NCBI RefSeq assembly: GCF_028368995.1
Contig: NZ_JAQNDL010000001.1
Location: 576,001-640,000, forward strand
Length of the DNA: 64,000 bases
DNA from: Nannocystis bainbridge
Lineage (GTDB): Bacteria > Myxococcota_A > Polyangia > Nannocystales > Nannocystaceae
Direction of reading: 5' to 3'
Shown: one piece after another, positions 30,666-40,706 of the stretch
How positions within the stretch are numbered: the stretch's first letter is position 1
Layout of the letters: every line of letters starts with the position of its first letter
The notes under the pieces: model-generated
Database searches by the model: none
What the model was told of the DNA's origin: nothing
The model's input: only the letters and a program-made list of their open reading frames with translations
Program-made: the position numbers and the translations under genes

Positions 30666-31994
30666 TCAGCGCCTGCTCGCCGTCGTCGCGCGCCGACGAC
30701 GGCGCCCCCACAGACCGCAGCCGAACAGCCCGAGCACGCCGATGCCGTCGGGCCACGCACCAGCGGGCTCGGCGTCGCAGCCGAACGGCTCGCCCGGCCC
30801 CGCGTCCCCGGGCTCGCACACGCCGGCGACGCACGCACCGCTCGCGCACTCGTCGGCGACGACGCACGCCGCTCCCGACGCGACCTGTCCGAAAGGATAG
30901 AGCTCGACGGCGGCCAGCGGACTCGTGATCGAGCCGACCGTGCCGCCGACGATCAGGACCCCGTGACCGGGCACGAAGGTGGCCGTGTGGAGCCACCGCG
31001 GCGTCGTCATCGGCGGCAACGGGGTCCACGTGTCGGTCGCCGGGTCGTAGACCTCGACGCTCGCCAGCACGCCGCCGAGCCCGCGACCGCCGGCCACCAG
31101 CACCCTGCCCGAGGGCAAGCGCGTGGCCGTGTGATCGAAGCGCGGCTCGCTCATGGTCGCCGCGGCGGCCCAGGTGTCGCCGACCGGATCGTAGCGCTCG
31201 GCCGTCGCGGTGACGCGGAACGGATCGGGCACGAGGGTGATGTCGATGCTGCCGCCGCCGCTCACCAGCACCTCGCCGGTGGTCAGCAGCGTGGCGGCAT
31301 GACGCTCGCGCGGGGTCGCCATCGCGGCCGCGGCGATCCACGCGTCGGTCGCCGGATCGTAGCGCTCGGCGGTCGCCAGCGGCTCCTTGATCTCCGCGTC
31401 CCAGGCGACCAGGTAGCCCCATTTCCAGCCGCCCGCGGCCAGCACCCGGCCGTCGGCCAGAGTCGTCGCCGTGGGGCTGCTGCGCGCGCCCACGAGCGAG
31501 CGCGGGCTGGCCACGGTGCCGGCGGCGACGTCGTAGCGCAGCGAGGTCTTCGGCGTGTCGAGGCCGCCGACGATCAGCACGTCGCCGTCGGGGAGCAGGC
31601 TGAGCGCCGTCTCCTCGCGGTAGGTCCCGGCCAGCGCCGGCACGTCGAGCCAGACGTCGGAGGCCGGGTCGTAGATGACGCCGACGAGGGCGTCGAGCGC
31701 CAGCCAGCGACCGTCGGCGAGGCGCACGGCGACGGCGTCCCACAAGGCCGCCGGGGCGGTCGTCAGCGGCGACCAGACGTCGGCCGCGGCGTCGAAGCGG
31801 AACACGGACTCGGCCGCGCCGGCGGGAGCGTGGCCCCCGGTGACGACGACGCCGAGACCGGGGAAGAACTCGGCGACGTGCTGCGCCCGCGCGGGGCTGA
31901 GCGGGGCCCGCGATACAGGCCCGGCCGCTGTGGCGGTGGACACGGTGCATACGAACAATGACGATAGTGCGGAGGCGAAGGCGATACTTTTCAT
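30666..31994 (-). CDS. Secreted Kelch-repeat protein with Cys-rich region and MYXO-CTERM-like tail
   Basis: Repeated HTAT.L..G.VLV.GG / E.YDP..D.W; tail GC...hydrophobic...RRRRR. Confidence 0.82.
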   Translation of the reverse strand: MKSIAFASALSSLFVCTVSTATAAGPVSRAPLSPARAQHVAEFFPGLGVVVTGGHAPAGAAESVFRFDAAADVWSPLTTAPAALWDAVAVRLADGRWLALDALVGVIYDPASDVWLDVPALAGTYREETALSLLPDGDVLIVGGLDTPKTSLRYDVAAGTVASPRSLVGARSSPTATTLADGRVLAAGGWKWGYLVAWDAEIKEPLATAERYDPATDAWIAAAAMATPRERHAATLLTTGEVLVSGGGSIDITLVPDPFRVTATAERYDPVGDTWAAAATMSEPRFDHTATRLPSGRVLVAGGRGLGGVLASVEVYDPATDTWTPLPPMTTPRWLHTATFVPGHGVLIVGGTVGSITSPLAAVELYPFGQVASGAACVVADECASGACVAGVCEPGDAGPGEPFGCDAEPAGAWPDGIGVLGLFGCGLWGRRRRRATTASRR

Positions 31995-32303
31995 TATGGG
32001 CCCGCCCCTGTAATTGGAACGAGGCGCCGGCAAATCAACACAGTCGCGCGCTGCAGCCGACGCGGCGCACGCCCACGCCCGATCGTGCGACGCAGCACGC
32101 CCATGTGGCGCGCGGGCGTATTCGCGCAGTCAGCGCGCTCGGGCCCTGCGAGACGAAGGCGGTCGTGGGGCCACGAACGCCATTCATGCCGGTTGCGAAT
32201 GGCATGAGGCCGGACGGCCCCTCCCGTCGATCGGCGGGCTCGCCCCGGTCCTCTCGCAGAGCCGCGCTTGACAGCCGCGCGGCGGGCTCGCTACCAGAGG
32301 AGC

Positions 32304-33431
32304 ATGCGTCCTGTCCGTCCCGCTCGCAGCCCTCGCCCCGGGAGCTCGCGCGAGCGAGCGACGCCCTGCCCCCGTCTCGTCGCGCTCTCGCTGGGCCTCG
32401 TCGCCGCGCTGCCAGCCTGCTCGACCGCCCAGGACCGGAGCCCGGAGGCCCGGCCGGTGCCGGTCGCCGAGGCGCCGAAGCAGCCGGTCGCCGAGGCGCC
32501 GAAGCAGCCGCCGATGGCAAGCTTCGCGCGCATGCTGCCCGGCTCTTGGCGCGTGACCAACCCGAACGGCACGAGTCAGACCGACACCTGGTACCCGGGC
32601 CCCGGCGACCTCTCGCTGCGCGTCGAGACCGACGGCACCGACGGGTCCGGCTCTCCGTGGCGCGAGCTGGTGGTGCTGTTCTGGCACCCGGGACGCGCGC
32701 AGGTCCGACTGCTGGGATTCAACCCCTACGCGCGCAGCGTGGCCGAGGGCCATATCACGTTCGCGGGCGACAGCGCGGAGGCCGAAATCGTCATGCATCA
32801 GACCCCGGGTCGCCGCGATCTGGTCCAGCGCTGGAGCTTCGCCGGCCCCGACAATTACCGCGAGGCGCTGCTCGAGCGCAGAGGCGCGGGTGGGCTCGGC
32901 CTGCTCGCCGAGTGGGACTACTTCCGCGTCCCCACACCCGCCGCGATCGTGCGCACCGATCCGCCGCCGACCGCGTCGGAGCGCCTGCAGGACCTTGTCG
33001 CCCTCGTGGGCCCGACCTGGCAGGCCAGGGGCGAATGGGCCGGCGGCGGGGCCTTCGACCTGCAGACGAGCTTCACGTGGATCCCCTACGCCGACGTGAT
33101 CCACGCCCGCACGACCGCAAGGACCGAAAGCGGTGAATCGAAGCACCTGCTCGACGCCTATCTCTATCATCACACCGGCGCCGATCAGCTGCGCTGCCTC
33201 GCGCTGTCGGACCGTGGCGGCGTGTACGAGGGCGACGTGACGGTGCACGCGGGCGGCGCCCTGCAGCTCGACCTGAAGGGCCACGAGGACGACCGCGCCA
33301 CCCTGCACGCCGTGCGCCTCGAGTTCGAGCCGGACGGGGCGCTGCGCCAGCGCGTGTGGTCGCTCGCCGGCGACGACCGCACGCTCGTGCTCGACGCGCG
33401 CCACGAGCGGCGCGAACGCCAAGCGGAATGA
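32304..33431 (+). CDS. Hypothetical lipoprotein with two similar beta-rich domains
   Basis: GAGGAG SD; LPAC lipobox; PVAEAPKQ twice; internal similarity (G.W...FWHPG..QVR / G.TW...YHHTG..QLR). Confidence 0.65.
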   Translation: MRPVRPARSPRPGSSRERATPCPRLVALSLGLVAALPACSTAQDRSPEARPVPVAEAPKQPVAEAPKQPPMASFARMLPGSWRVTNPNGTSQTDTWYPGPGDLSLRVETDGTDGSGSPWRELVVLFWHPGRAQVRLLGFNPYARSVAEGHITFAGDSAEAEIVMHQTPGRRDLVQRWSFAGPDNYREALLERRGAGGLGLLAEWDYFRVPTPAAIVRTDPPPTASERLQDLVALVGPTWQARGEWAGGGAFDLQTSFTWIPYADVIHARTTARTESGESKHLLDAYLYHHTGADQLRCLALSDRGGVYEGDVTVHAGGALQLDLKGHEDDRATLHAVRLEFEPDGALRQRVWSLAGDDRTLVLDARHERRERQAE

Positions 33432-33580
33432 CGGTCACGCCCGGCTTCGCCCGTCGCGCGCATCACGAGCGCCCGGCGCACATTCACCGCTCGCCTCTTG
33501 TGCTCGACGCGCACCGCGAGCGGCGCGAACGCAAAGCAGAGTGACCTGCCCGCTCGGCGTCACCCGCCCGCGCGCATCAC
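33376..33580. repeat. Diverged duplication of the lipoprotein gene 3' end (~110-bp period)
   Basis: The gene ends LVLDARHERRERQAE*; the copy at ~33497-33544 reads LVLDAHRERRERKAE*. Confidence 0.8.
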
Positions 33581-33605
33581 CGGCGATCGGCGCCGGCGCG
33601 CGGCC

Positions 33606-35972
33606 TCAGAAGCGGCCCTCGAGCGACACCAGGAACCGGTTCTCGGGCGACGGGATGCGGGCGAGCGTGCTCGGGCGCTTGTCGAGCCAGAAGTACAGGT
33701 CGTAGCGGACCTGGACCATGAACCGCTTCTTGATCAGGTACGAGACGTCGACGTAGTTCCACAGCGACTGCTCGAGCAGCGTGTTGCTCGAGGTGTCCAT
33801 CGACAGCCAGCGGATGCGAGCGCGGATCCGCAGCGCATCGATCGGCCGGGTGTTGATCGTCAGCCACGCCTGCGAGTCGCGGCGGTACTTGGCGCGCTCG
33901 GCCGGCGCGACGTTCTCGTAGGTGTCGGGGATGAAGCCGGGGACGTCGGGGTCGACCTTGAGCGGGTCGCCGACGTAGCGCTGCTGAAAGCGGGGCACGA
34001 TCTTGACCCGCTTGTGCGGCATGAACGCCATCTGCAGGTTGAACTTGAGCTGCTCGCCGGCGCAACGGACCGGCTCGCCGTTGACGTTGGTGTAGACCAG
34101 CCCCTCGTCGCTGTAGACATCGCCGTCGAGGTCGTCGCCCGCGACCAGGTCGGACACCCCGACGTCGCCGCCGTAGCAGTATTGATGGCCGGTCTTGCGC
34201 ATGTCCTTGTCGCGGTACTCGACCCACACGGCCGGCAAGAACCACCGGGTGATCAGGTAGTCGCCGCGCAGGTAGGCGTGCATGCCCGGCGCCTTGGTCG
34301 AGGGCGACACCCACGCGTTGACGTAGGTGCGGATGTTCGAGGCCTTGTTCGGCCTGCCGGTGTAGCGGATGCGGGCGCCGGCCTCGTCGCGCGCGCGCTG
34401 GCCCTCGTACACGTCGGGCGACGCCAGCGGGCGCGCGTACGGGTTGGCGAAGTCCCGGTCGTAGTAGCGGACGATGGTCTCGATCTCGTGCCGGCCGAAG
34501 GTCGCGGTGTGGCGGAGGATCGCCGCCCAGCCGCCGCCGCCCTTGCTGTCGCCGACGCCGACCGCGTCGGCGCGCTTCATCGAGTCGAAGCTGCGGCTGA
34601 CCTCGATGCCGAGGTCGCTCCAGCGGTGGCCCCACGCGCCGTTGAGGCCGATGGCCCCGAACGGCCCGCCGAACGGGGTGCGGGCCCACTCCTGGAAGTC
34701 GTAGTCCTTGCCGCCGGTCAGCCACTTGATCGCGGTGCCGTAGCCGGTGGCGCCGACCCATGAGCGGCGGTTGAAGAAGTAGCTGACGTTGCCGCCGCTG
34801 GTGACCTCGCGGAACATCCGCGGCAAGGTCTGGTAGCCGAACTCCGAGGTCGGCGCGAACGGGTCGGGCTGGCGCTTGTAGAGCGCCGGGGCGTCGCAGC
34901 GCGGATCGTCGCTGCGCGGGTCGGAGCACTTGTCCGGGTCGTACAGCTTGTATTGATAGACGCTGCGCGCCTGCACCGAGGTCCACGCGTAGGCCTGCAT
35001 CCACCCGTTGCCGAGCTTGAGCTTCTTGATGCCGGCGGCGATGCCCTGCAGCGTCTCCTGCCAGCGGAAATCGGGGGTGACGTAGGTGCTGCCGAGGTCG
35101 CCGTCGCACGGCGAGTCGGGCAGCTCGCCGGCCGACTCCTTGCAAAGCCGGGTCAGGCGGACCGGCCGCGGGTAGATCGTGTTGTCGCGGTAGATGCCGT
35201 TCGGCGTGTAGTTGCGGGTGTTGTCGAAGGTCAGGCGCTGGCCGAAGCCGATGCGGTAGGTGCCGAGCAGGACGTTGTAATTGTCGTCCTCCCACTGCAC
35301 GTAGACCTTGGGCAGGTAGCCGCGCGGGCGCGGCTGCTCGGCCGACAGGGCGTCGCGGTTGGGGTCGTAGCGCACGTCGTCGACGCGGCTGCGGGTCAGC
35401 ACGCCGGCGACGCCGAGCCGCAGGTGGCGCAGGGTCTGGACCTGGCCGTCGAGCACCATCGCCGGCAGGCGGCGGTCGGGCGGCGACCAGGCGCTGCGCA
35501 GGCGGACCTTGCCCGAGGTCGCGGAGTAGCGGCGGTTGGGCTCGACGATGTAGATGAACGCGGCGATCGCCTCGAGCTGATCGCGGTCGAGCACGCCGGC
35601 CAGCACCAGCGCGGCCGGATCGTAGATGAAGCCGGCCTCGGTGCGGTAGCGGATGATGCCGTCGACCTGCTTGTAGGTCAGGTTCGGCAGCGTGAACAGC
35701 TCCTCGCGCGAGGCGGTGTTGAGGTTGACGCCGCGGCGCAGCAGCTCGATCAGGGTGTCGAAGGTCTCGCCGGAGATGTCGCCGGCGGTGTTGAGCTCGA
35801 GCAGGTCGTCCTCGTCGTCGACGTCGACGAAGGCCTCGTAGGGGGCCGCGGCGGCCCCGGCGGGCGCGAGCGCGGCGCACAGGCCGAGCGCGAGCGCGGG
35901 GGCGATCGCGGCGCACGGGCGGGGGCGCCGGGGTGCGCATGAAGCTGGCCGCAAGGACATGTGAGGAGTCAT
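33606..35972 (-). CDS. Secreted protein with ComEA-like helix-hairpin-helix domain and probable outer-membrane beta-barrel
   Basis: Signal peptide; VNLNTASREELFTLPNL..IIRYR...G (HhH); aromatic alternating strands; C-terminal FLVSLEGRF. Start 35972 or 35960. Confidence 0.75.
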   Translation of the reverse strand: MTPHMSLRPASCAPRRPRPCAAIAPALALGLCAALAPAGAAAAPYEAFVDVDDEDDLLELNTAGDISGETFDTLIELLRRGVNLNTASREELFTLPNLTYKQVDGIIRYRTEAGFIYDPAALVLAGVLDRDQLEAIAAFIYIVEPNRRYSATSGKVRLRSAWSPPDRRLPAMVLDGQVQTLRHLRLGVAGVLTRSRVDDVRYDPNRDALSAEQPRPRGYLPKVYVQWEDDNYNVLLGTYRIGFGQRLTFDNTRNYTPNGIYRDNTIYPRPVRLTRLCKESAGELPDSPCDGDLGSTYVTPDFRWQETLQGIAAGIKKLKLGNGWMQAYAWTSVQARSVYQYKLYDPDKCSDPRSDDPRCDAPALYKRQPDPFAPTSEFGYQTLPRMFREVTSGGNVSYFFNRRSWVGATGYGTAIKWLTGGKDYDFQEWARTPFGGPFGAIGLNGAWGHRWSDLGIEVSRSFDSMKRADAVGVGDSKGGGGWAAILRHTATFGRHEIETIVRYYDRDFANPYARPLASPDVYEGQRARDEAGARIRYTGRPNKASNIRTYVNAWVSPSTKAPGMHAYLRGDYLITRWFLPAVWVEYRDKDMRKTGHQYCYGGDVGVSDLVAGDDLDGDVYSDEGLVYTNVNGEPVRCAGEQLKFNLQMAFMPHKRVKIVPRFQQRYVGDPLKVDPDVPGFIPDTYENVAPAERAKYRRDSQAWLTINTRPIDALRIRARIRWLSMDTSSNTLLEQSLWNYVDVSYLIKKRFMVQVRYDLYFWLDKRPSTLARIPSPENRFLVSLEGRF

Positions 35973-36010
35973 CTACCGGAAGCTGGGAGTCTCGATCGCA
36001 GAAGCGCGGG

Positions 36011-36544
36011 TCACGGGCCGCAGACGTCGCTGCACATGCCCCACAGCCCGGCCTTTTGGTCCCTGGCCACGCGCTGCATGTCGCGGAATTCGCCGGCCCG
36101 GTCGGCGCCGTTGGGCGGGATGTCGAGCACGCAGCCGTAGCCGCGGGCGACCAGCAGGGCGTTGATCTCGCCGTCGGGGACCTCGACGTAGGCCAGCAGG
36201 CGGCCGTAGGCGTCGGTGCACTCGACGTCGTAGGTCAGCGCGACTTCCTGGCCGAGCACGTAGCCGGCGTTGAAGTCGCGGGCCTCGACGCCGAAGCACT
36301 CGCGCTTGCCGTTGGTGATCTCCGGGGTGTCGACCAGCAAGTAGCGGACCTTCTCGCCGCTCTCGAGCACGACGGTGTCGCCGTCGACGACCTTGGCGAC
36401 CCGGCCGACGGTCGGCCCGCACTTCGAGGTCTCGGGGTCGCCGTCGCTGGCGGTGGCCGCCGGCTCTTCGCCGTCGCAGCCACCTGTCCCGAAGGCCAGC
36501 AGCAGGACGGACGCGAGAAGGAATCCGAGCCGGATCAGGGACAT
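36011..36544 (-). CDS. Thermonuclease (SNase)-family lipoprotein
   Basis: VVDGDT, VRYLLVDTPE, DAYGRLLAYV, INALLV..GYG, A...KAGLWG; ATG at 36544. Confidence 0.9.
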   Translation of the reverse strand: MSLIRLGFLLASVLLLAFGTGGCDGEEPAATASDGDPETSKCGPTVGRVAKVVDGDTVVLESGEKVRYLLVDTPEITNGKRECFGVEARDFNAGYVLGQEVALTYDVECTDAYGRLLAYVEVPDGEINALLVARGYGCVLDIPPNGADRAGEFRDMQRVARDQKAGLWGMCSDVCGP

Positions 36545-39405
36545 GCCGGGTTCTCCTGCTTCGGGGTGCCGGGGCCGACGGCGTCGCACCACGGGTCGGC
36601 GTCGGTGTTGTCGTTGAGCGCGGGGTTGGAGACGCCGGGGTCGAGCTGGGTGGCGATGTCCTCGCCCTGGCTGGTGGCCCACTGCACGGCGTCGAGCACC
36701 AGCTCGCCGACCGCCAGCGAGATGGCGCCGGCCGAGTTGGCGAGCGAGAACCCGAACGCGGCGTCGACCGCCGGCAGGCCGCCGTTGATCGCGGGGTCGA
36801 GCTTGCGGGCCAGCAGCGCCCGGCTGCCGGCGGTGACGGCGATGCAGTTGGCGCCGCCGAGGGTCTTGGCGGCCGTCAGCTCGGCGGGCGTCGGCGCGAA
36901 CTTCGACAGCGCCTTGACGTTGTTGAGGTCGACGTCGGCGTTGGCCAGCACCTCGAACCACTCGCGGTCGGTCTCGGTGCCCGAGGGGTTGGCGAGGAAC
37001 TCGGTGATGACGAGGTCGCCGACGCCGGGCGAGTGCTTCTCGCGCATGGCGTTCAGCTCGGCGTCGAAGCAGGGGTCGACGAAGCCGCCGCCGCAGGCCG
37101 CGTTCATCGCGCCCGGGCTGCCCTTGTCGGTCGCGTTGTAGAGCGCCGCGGCGAAGCAGAGGTTGTCGGGGACGTCGTTGACGGCCACGTCGAGCGCGCC
37201 GGGGGTGATGAACTCGAGCGAGAGCTGGGTCGACGCGCCGTCGCTGGTGCTGGCGTAGGCGACGTGGTCGAGCTCGACCCCGCCGTGGCCGACGAACAGG
37301 CCGCCGTTCGAGTTGCCGAGGCTGATCTTGGTGACGAACCGCGGCGCCGGCAGGCCGCCGTTGACGGCGGGGTCGCCCGAGCGGGCGAGCAGGACCGATT
37401 CACCGGGCTTCACCTCGAGGCAGTCGCCGGCGACCGGCACGAAATCGCCGACGGTGTACGGGTCCCACACCTTGCCGATCTCGAGGCCGTTGAGGTCGAA
37501 CTCGCCGTCGGCGAACAGCTCGAACCACTCGCCCGCGGTGTCGCCGACGGACTTGGGGTTGGCCATCCACTCGCTGATCAGCAGCTCGCCGGCCTGCGGC
37601 GGGTCGATCGGGCGCGGCTGCTGGGTGTCGGGGTCGGTGCACTGGCCGGTCGGCGGCGGGCCGTTGCACACGCTGTTGTCGGCGCCGGGCGTGCCGAGGT
37701 CGGTGTTGAACGGGGCGTACGGGACGGCCGCGTCGCAGCGGGCCTCGGCCGGGTCGTTGAGCGCCGGGTCGAGCGACATCGTGAACGCGTCGATGACCGC
37801 GGGGTCGACCTGGCGGGCCACGCCGTCCTTGGGCGAGTCGTACGGCATGCTGTCGAGCTCGACCCCGCCGGCGCCGATCCACAGGTTGCCGCTGGTGTTG
37901 CTGAGCTGCAGGCTGGCGTAGCTGGCCGCCGGGGCCAGCATGTCGCCGGTGGCGCCGCTGCGGGCCAGCAGGACCAGGCCGGGGCCGACCGACTGGCACG
38001 CGCCGCCGGGGAAGGTGAAGCTGATCGACTCGGCCGACTTGCCGAGCTGGAGGCCGTTGAGGTCGAAGCTCACCGGGGTGAAGAACTCGATCCACTCGCC
38101 GGCCGGCTCGCCGATGGCGGCCGAGGTGTTGGCGTGGACCTCGGTGATGAAGATGTCCCCGGGGACAGGTGCGACCGCCTCGCGGACGGCGCCGCCGTCG
38201 TCGCACGGGTTCTTCAGGCAGATCGGGTTGGGCGCGCCGGGGGTGCCGAGGTCGCCCTCGGCGAACGACTCGTAGGCGAGGCAGAAGTTGGCCGGGTCGT
38301 CGTTGCCGGCGACGGTGGTGGCGCCGGGGTCGAGGCTCCAGGCGATGCCGTCTTTGGGGCTCGGGTAGTGGATCTCGTCGAGGATCTGGTCGCCGTAGGC
38401 GATGAACACCCCGGGGCTCGGGTTCGAGTCGCTGGCGCTGTCGTTGAGCGTCAGCTTCATGACCACGTCGGTCGCTTCCCACGCCTTTTGCGAGAACAGC
38501 ACGGTGTCGCCGGCGCCGACCTTGAAGCACTCGGGCTGCTGCAGCACCTGCGCGTTCTTCTTGTCGGCGGCGAACTTGGTGGTGTTGCTGCCGTACTGCA
38601 GGCAGTTGAGGTCGAACGCGCCGTCGGTGACCTGCAGCTCGAACCACTCGCCGACGGTCATGGTGGTGAGGCCGGCGTTGGCCATGACCTCGGTGATCAC
38701 CAGCTGGCCGGCCTGCGGGGCGATCGCGTCGCGCAGGGCGCCGCCGTCGTAGCACTGGCCGCACGACTCGGGGGCCGCCAGCGGGCAGGCGGCGTTGGGC
38801 TGGCGCGGCGAGCCGAACTCGCTGGTGAAGTAGGGCTCGCCGTCGGTCGGCGCGGTGCACCACTGCGCGAAGTCGTCGTTGGCGGTCGCGTCGGGCGTGA
38901 CCTGGCCGTCGAGGGTCGTGCTGACGCCGTCCTTGATGCGGGTCGCGTCGTAGATGACCTCGTCGACGACGACGTTGCCGCAGCGGACCGTCAGCATGCC
39001 CGAGGTGTTGGACATCGAGCCGAGGTCGGTGCCGTAGCCGTAGTCGATGTACTCGGGGCGGGTCTCGTCGGTGACGGCGCCGAAGGTCATGTAGGCGCCC
39101 GGCGGGACCTCGACGTTGCCCTGGATCAGGTGGCCCTTGGCGTCGGTGCCGTCGGCCCGGCTGTAGACCAGGCCGACGCCGCTCAGGCTGACCGCCGTGC
39201 TGCTCGGGTTGTGGACCTCGAGCCACTCGATGCCGTCGGCGTCGCTGCCCTTGGGGTCGGGCATGTACTCGGTGATCACCAGCTCGCCGCCGCGCAGGGC
39301 GGCCACGCAGCTGCCGGCGTCGGTGTCGCTGGTGGCGTTGCTGTCGCCGCAGCCGGGGGCGACGGAGACGACGAGGGCGAGGCGGGCGAGCGTGCGGCGG
39401 TTCAT
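36535..39405 (-). CDS. Lipoprotein with five lamin-tail-domain-like repeats (956 aa)
   Basis: Five G.L.I(T/S)E....N/P...EW.E units, each ending G(S/T)P...N..C; lipobox APGC; ATG at 39405. Confidence 0.8.
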   Translation of the reverse strand: MNRRTLARLALVVSVAPGCGDSNATSDTDAGSCVAALRGGELVITEYMPDPKGSDADGIEWLEVHNPSSTAVSLSGVGLVYSRADGTDAKGHLIQGNVEVPPGAYMTFGAVTDETRPEYIDYGYGTDLGSMSNTSGMLTVRCGNVVVDEVIYDATRIKDGVSTTLDGQVTPDATANDDFAQWCTAPTDGEPYFTSEFGSPRQPNAACPLAAPESCGQCYDGGALRDAIAPQAGQLVITEVMANAGLTTMTVGEWFELQVTDGAFDLNCLQYGSNTTKFAADKKNAQVLQQPECFKVGAGDTVLFSQKAWEATDVVMKLTLNDSASDSNPSPGVFIAYGDQILDEIHYPSPKDGIAWSLDPGATTVAGNDDPANFCLAYESFAEGDLGTPGAPNPICLKNPCDDGGAVREAVAPVPGDIFITEVHANTSAAIGEPAGEWIEFFTPVSFDLNGLQLGKSAESISFTFPGGACQSVGPGLVLLARSGATGDMLAPAASYASLQLSNTSGNLWIGAGGVELDSMPYDSPKDGVARQVDPAVIDAFTMSLDPALNDPAEARCDAAVPYAPFNTDLGTPGADNSVCNGPPPTGQCTDPDTQQPRPIDPPQAGELLISEWMANPKSVGDTAGEWFELFADGEFDLNGLEIGKVWDPYTVGDFVPVAGDCLEVKPGESVLLARSGDPAVNGGLPAPRFVTKISLGNSNGGLFVGHGGVELDHVAYASTSDGASTQLSLEFITPGALDVAVNDVPDNLCFAAALYNATDKGSPGAMNAACGGGFVDPCFDAELNAMREKHSPGVGDLVITEFLANPSGTETDREWFEVLANADVDLNNVKALSKFAPTPAELTAAKTLGGANCIAVTAGSRALLARKLDPAINGGLPAVDAAFGFSLANSAGAISLAVGELVLDAVQWATSQGEDIATQLDPGVSNPALNDNTDADPWCDAVGPGTPKQENPACP

Positions 39406-39437
39406 GGTCGGATCTCGGTCTCGCCCGGGCGGGCGGT

Positions 39438-40706
39438 TCAGCGGGGCGTCCTGCCCTCGCGGTCGGCGGAGCGCTCGATGATGGCGTCGGCGCGAGCGTC
39501 GGCCGCGTCCTGCTTGGCGGTGTTCGGGGAGTTCTCGGCCGGCGCTTCCGGCTCGGCCACGTCGGCGGCGCCCTCGGGCGCGGGCGAGTCTTGCGGCGCC
39601 GGCTCCGGCGCGGGCTCGGCGTCGGCCTTGGTCTCGGTCTCGTCGACCGGCGCCAGCACCTCGCGCTGGATCTGCCCCGGCATCGTCACCACGATCTGCA
39701 GCTCGTCCTGCTTCTTGTACTTGTTGAAGTACTTGGTGATGACGCCGCGGGCGACCACGAACTCGCCGCGGGCCTCGACCGCGCCGGAGCGGGCCAGGAC
39801 ATCCTTGTCGAAGAAGATCAGCGGCAGGCTGCCGGTGCGGCGGCGGCTGAGCAGGACCTTGGTCGGGCCGGCGGTCTCGCGGACGTCGCCGATGGCGCCG
39901 AGGATCACGACCTCGCGGCCGACCTTGCCCTGCAGGCGGTCGAGCGCGTCCCAGTGGGTCAGGACGATCCAGTTGGGGTGGTCGGCGGCTTGCAGCTCGA
40001 ACGCCTGGATGAAGTCGCCGCGGCGGTTCCACCACTCGAGGCGGCGGTCGTAGTCGGTGTAGTGCTGCTTGCTCGGGTCCCAGATGCCGCGCTTGGCCGC
40101 GCGGGCCTCCTCCTGGGCGGCCACGAACTCCTTGTGGAACCGGCGCGAATAGCCGTACTTGCTGAAGTACGGGCTCATGCCGGCGCGCACGCACTCGACG
40201 TTGTAGTTGTAGGTCTTGCCGTCCTTCTCGACGAACACGTACGCGAGGTAGCGGTTGTAGAAGTCGCGGATCTCCTTGGGGTGATCGCGCTCGAGCCGGA
40301 CGGTGCGCACGCCGTGGAAGAAGGCCTCGGCGTACTTCTTGGCCTCCTCGCCCATCGGCGTCGGGATCTTGACCGGGCTCTTCGTCTTGGCCTGGGCCTC
40401 GGCGAGGTAGCGCTCCCAGCCCTTGTCGAACTCCATGTACTCGGACTTGCGCTTGAAGGTCTCCTCGGTGTCGAGGCCCAGCAGGCGCATGCTGGCGTCG
40501 AGGCCGGCGACGCGGATGGTGTCGCCGTCGGTGACCTTCATCAGCGGGAACTCGCCGATCACCAGCGCGGCGTCGTTGCCCTTGGACAGGCTGGCGGCGA
40601 CGGTGGTGCGGTCGAACCGGTGGACCACCGGGTTGCAGGCCAGCGCCGCCGCGGCCGCGACGACGAGCAGCAACATATGTCCGAACGACCATGTCTTCAG
40701 GGACAT
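39438..40706 (-). CDS. Thermonuclease-family lipoprotein with C-terminal OB-fold-like region
   Basis: VTDGDTI, RLLGLDTEE, RDFYNRYLAYV, A..AKRGIW; lipobox ALAC. Confidence 0.85.
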   Translation of the reverse strand: MSLKTWSFGHMLLLVVAAAAALACNPVVHRFDRTTVAASLSKGNDAALVIGEFPLMKVTDGDTIRVAGLDASMRLLGLDTEETFKRKSEYMEFDKGWERYLAEAQAKTKSPVKIPTPMGEEAKKYAEAFFHGVRTVRLERDHPKEIRDFYNRYLAYVFVEKDGKTYNYNVECVRAGMSPYFSKYGYSRRFHKEFVAAQEEARAAKRGIWDPSKQHYTDYDRRLEWWNRRGDFIQAFELQAADHPNWIVLTHWDALDRLQGKVGREVVILGAIGDVRETAGPTKVLLSRRRTGSLPLIFFDKDVLARSGAVEARGEFVVARGVITKYFNKYKKQDELQIVVTMPGQIQREVLAPVDETETKADAEPAPEPAPQDSPAPEGAADVAEPEAPAENSPNTAKQDAADARADAIIERSADREGRTPR

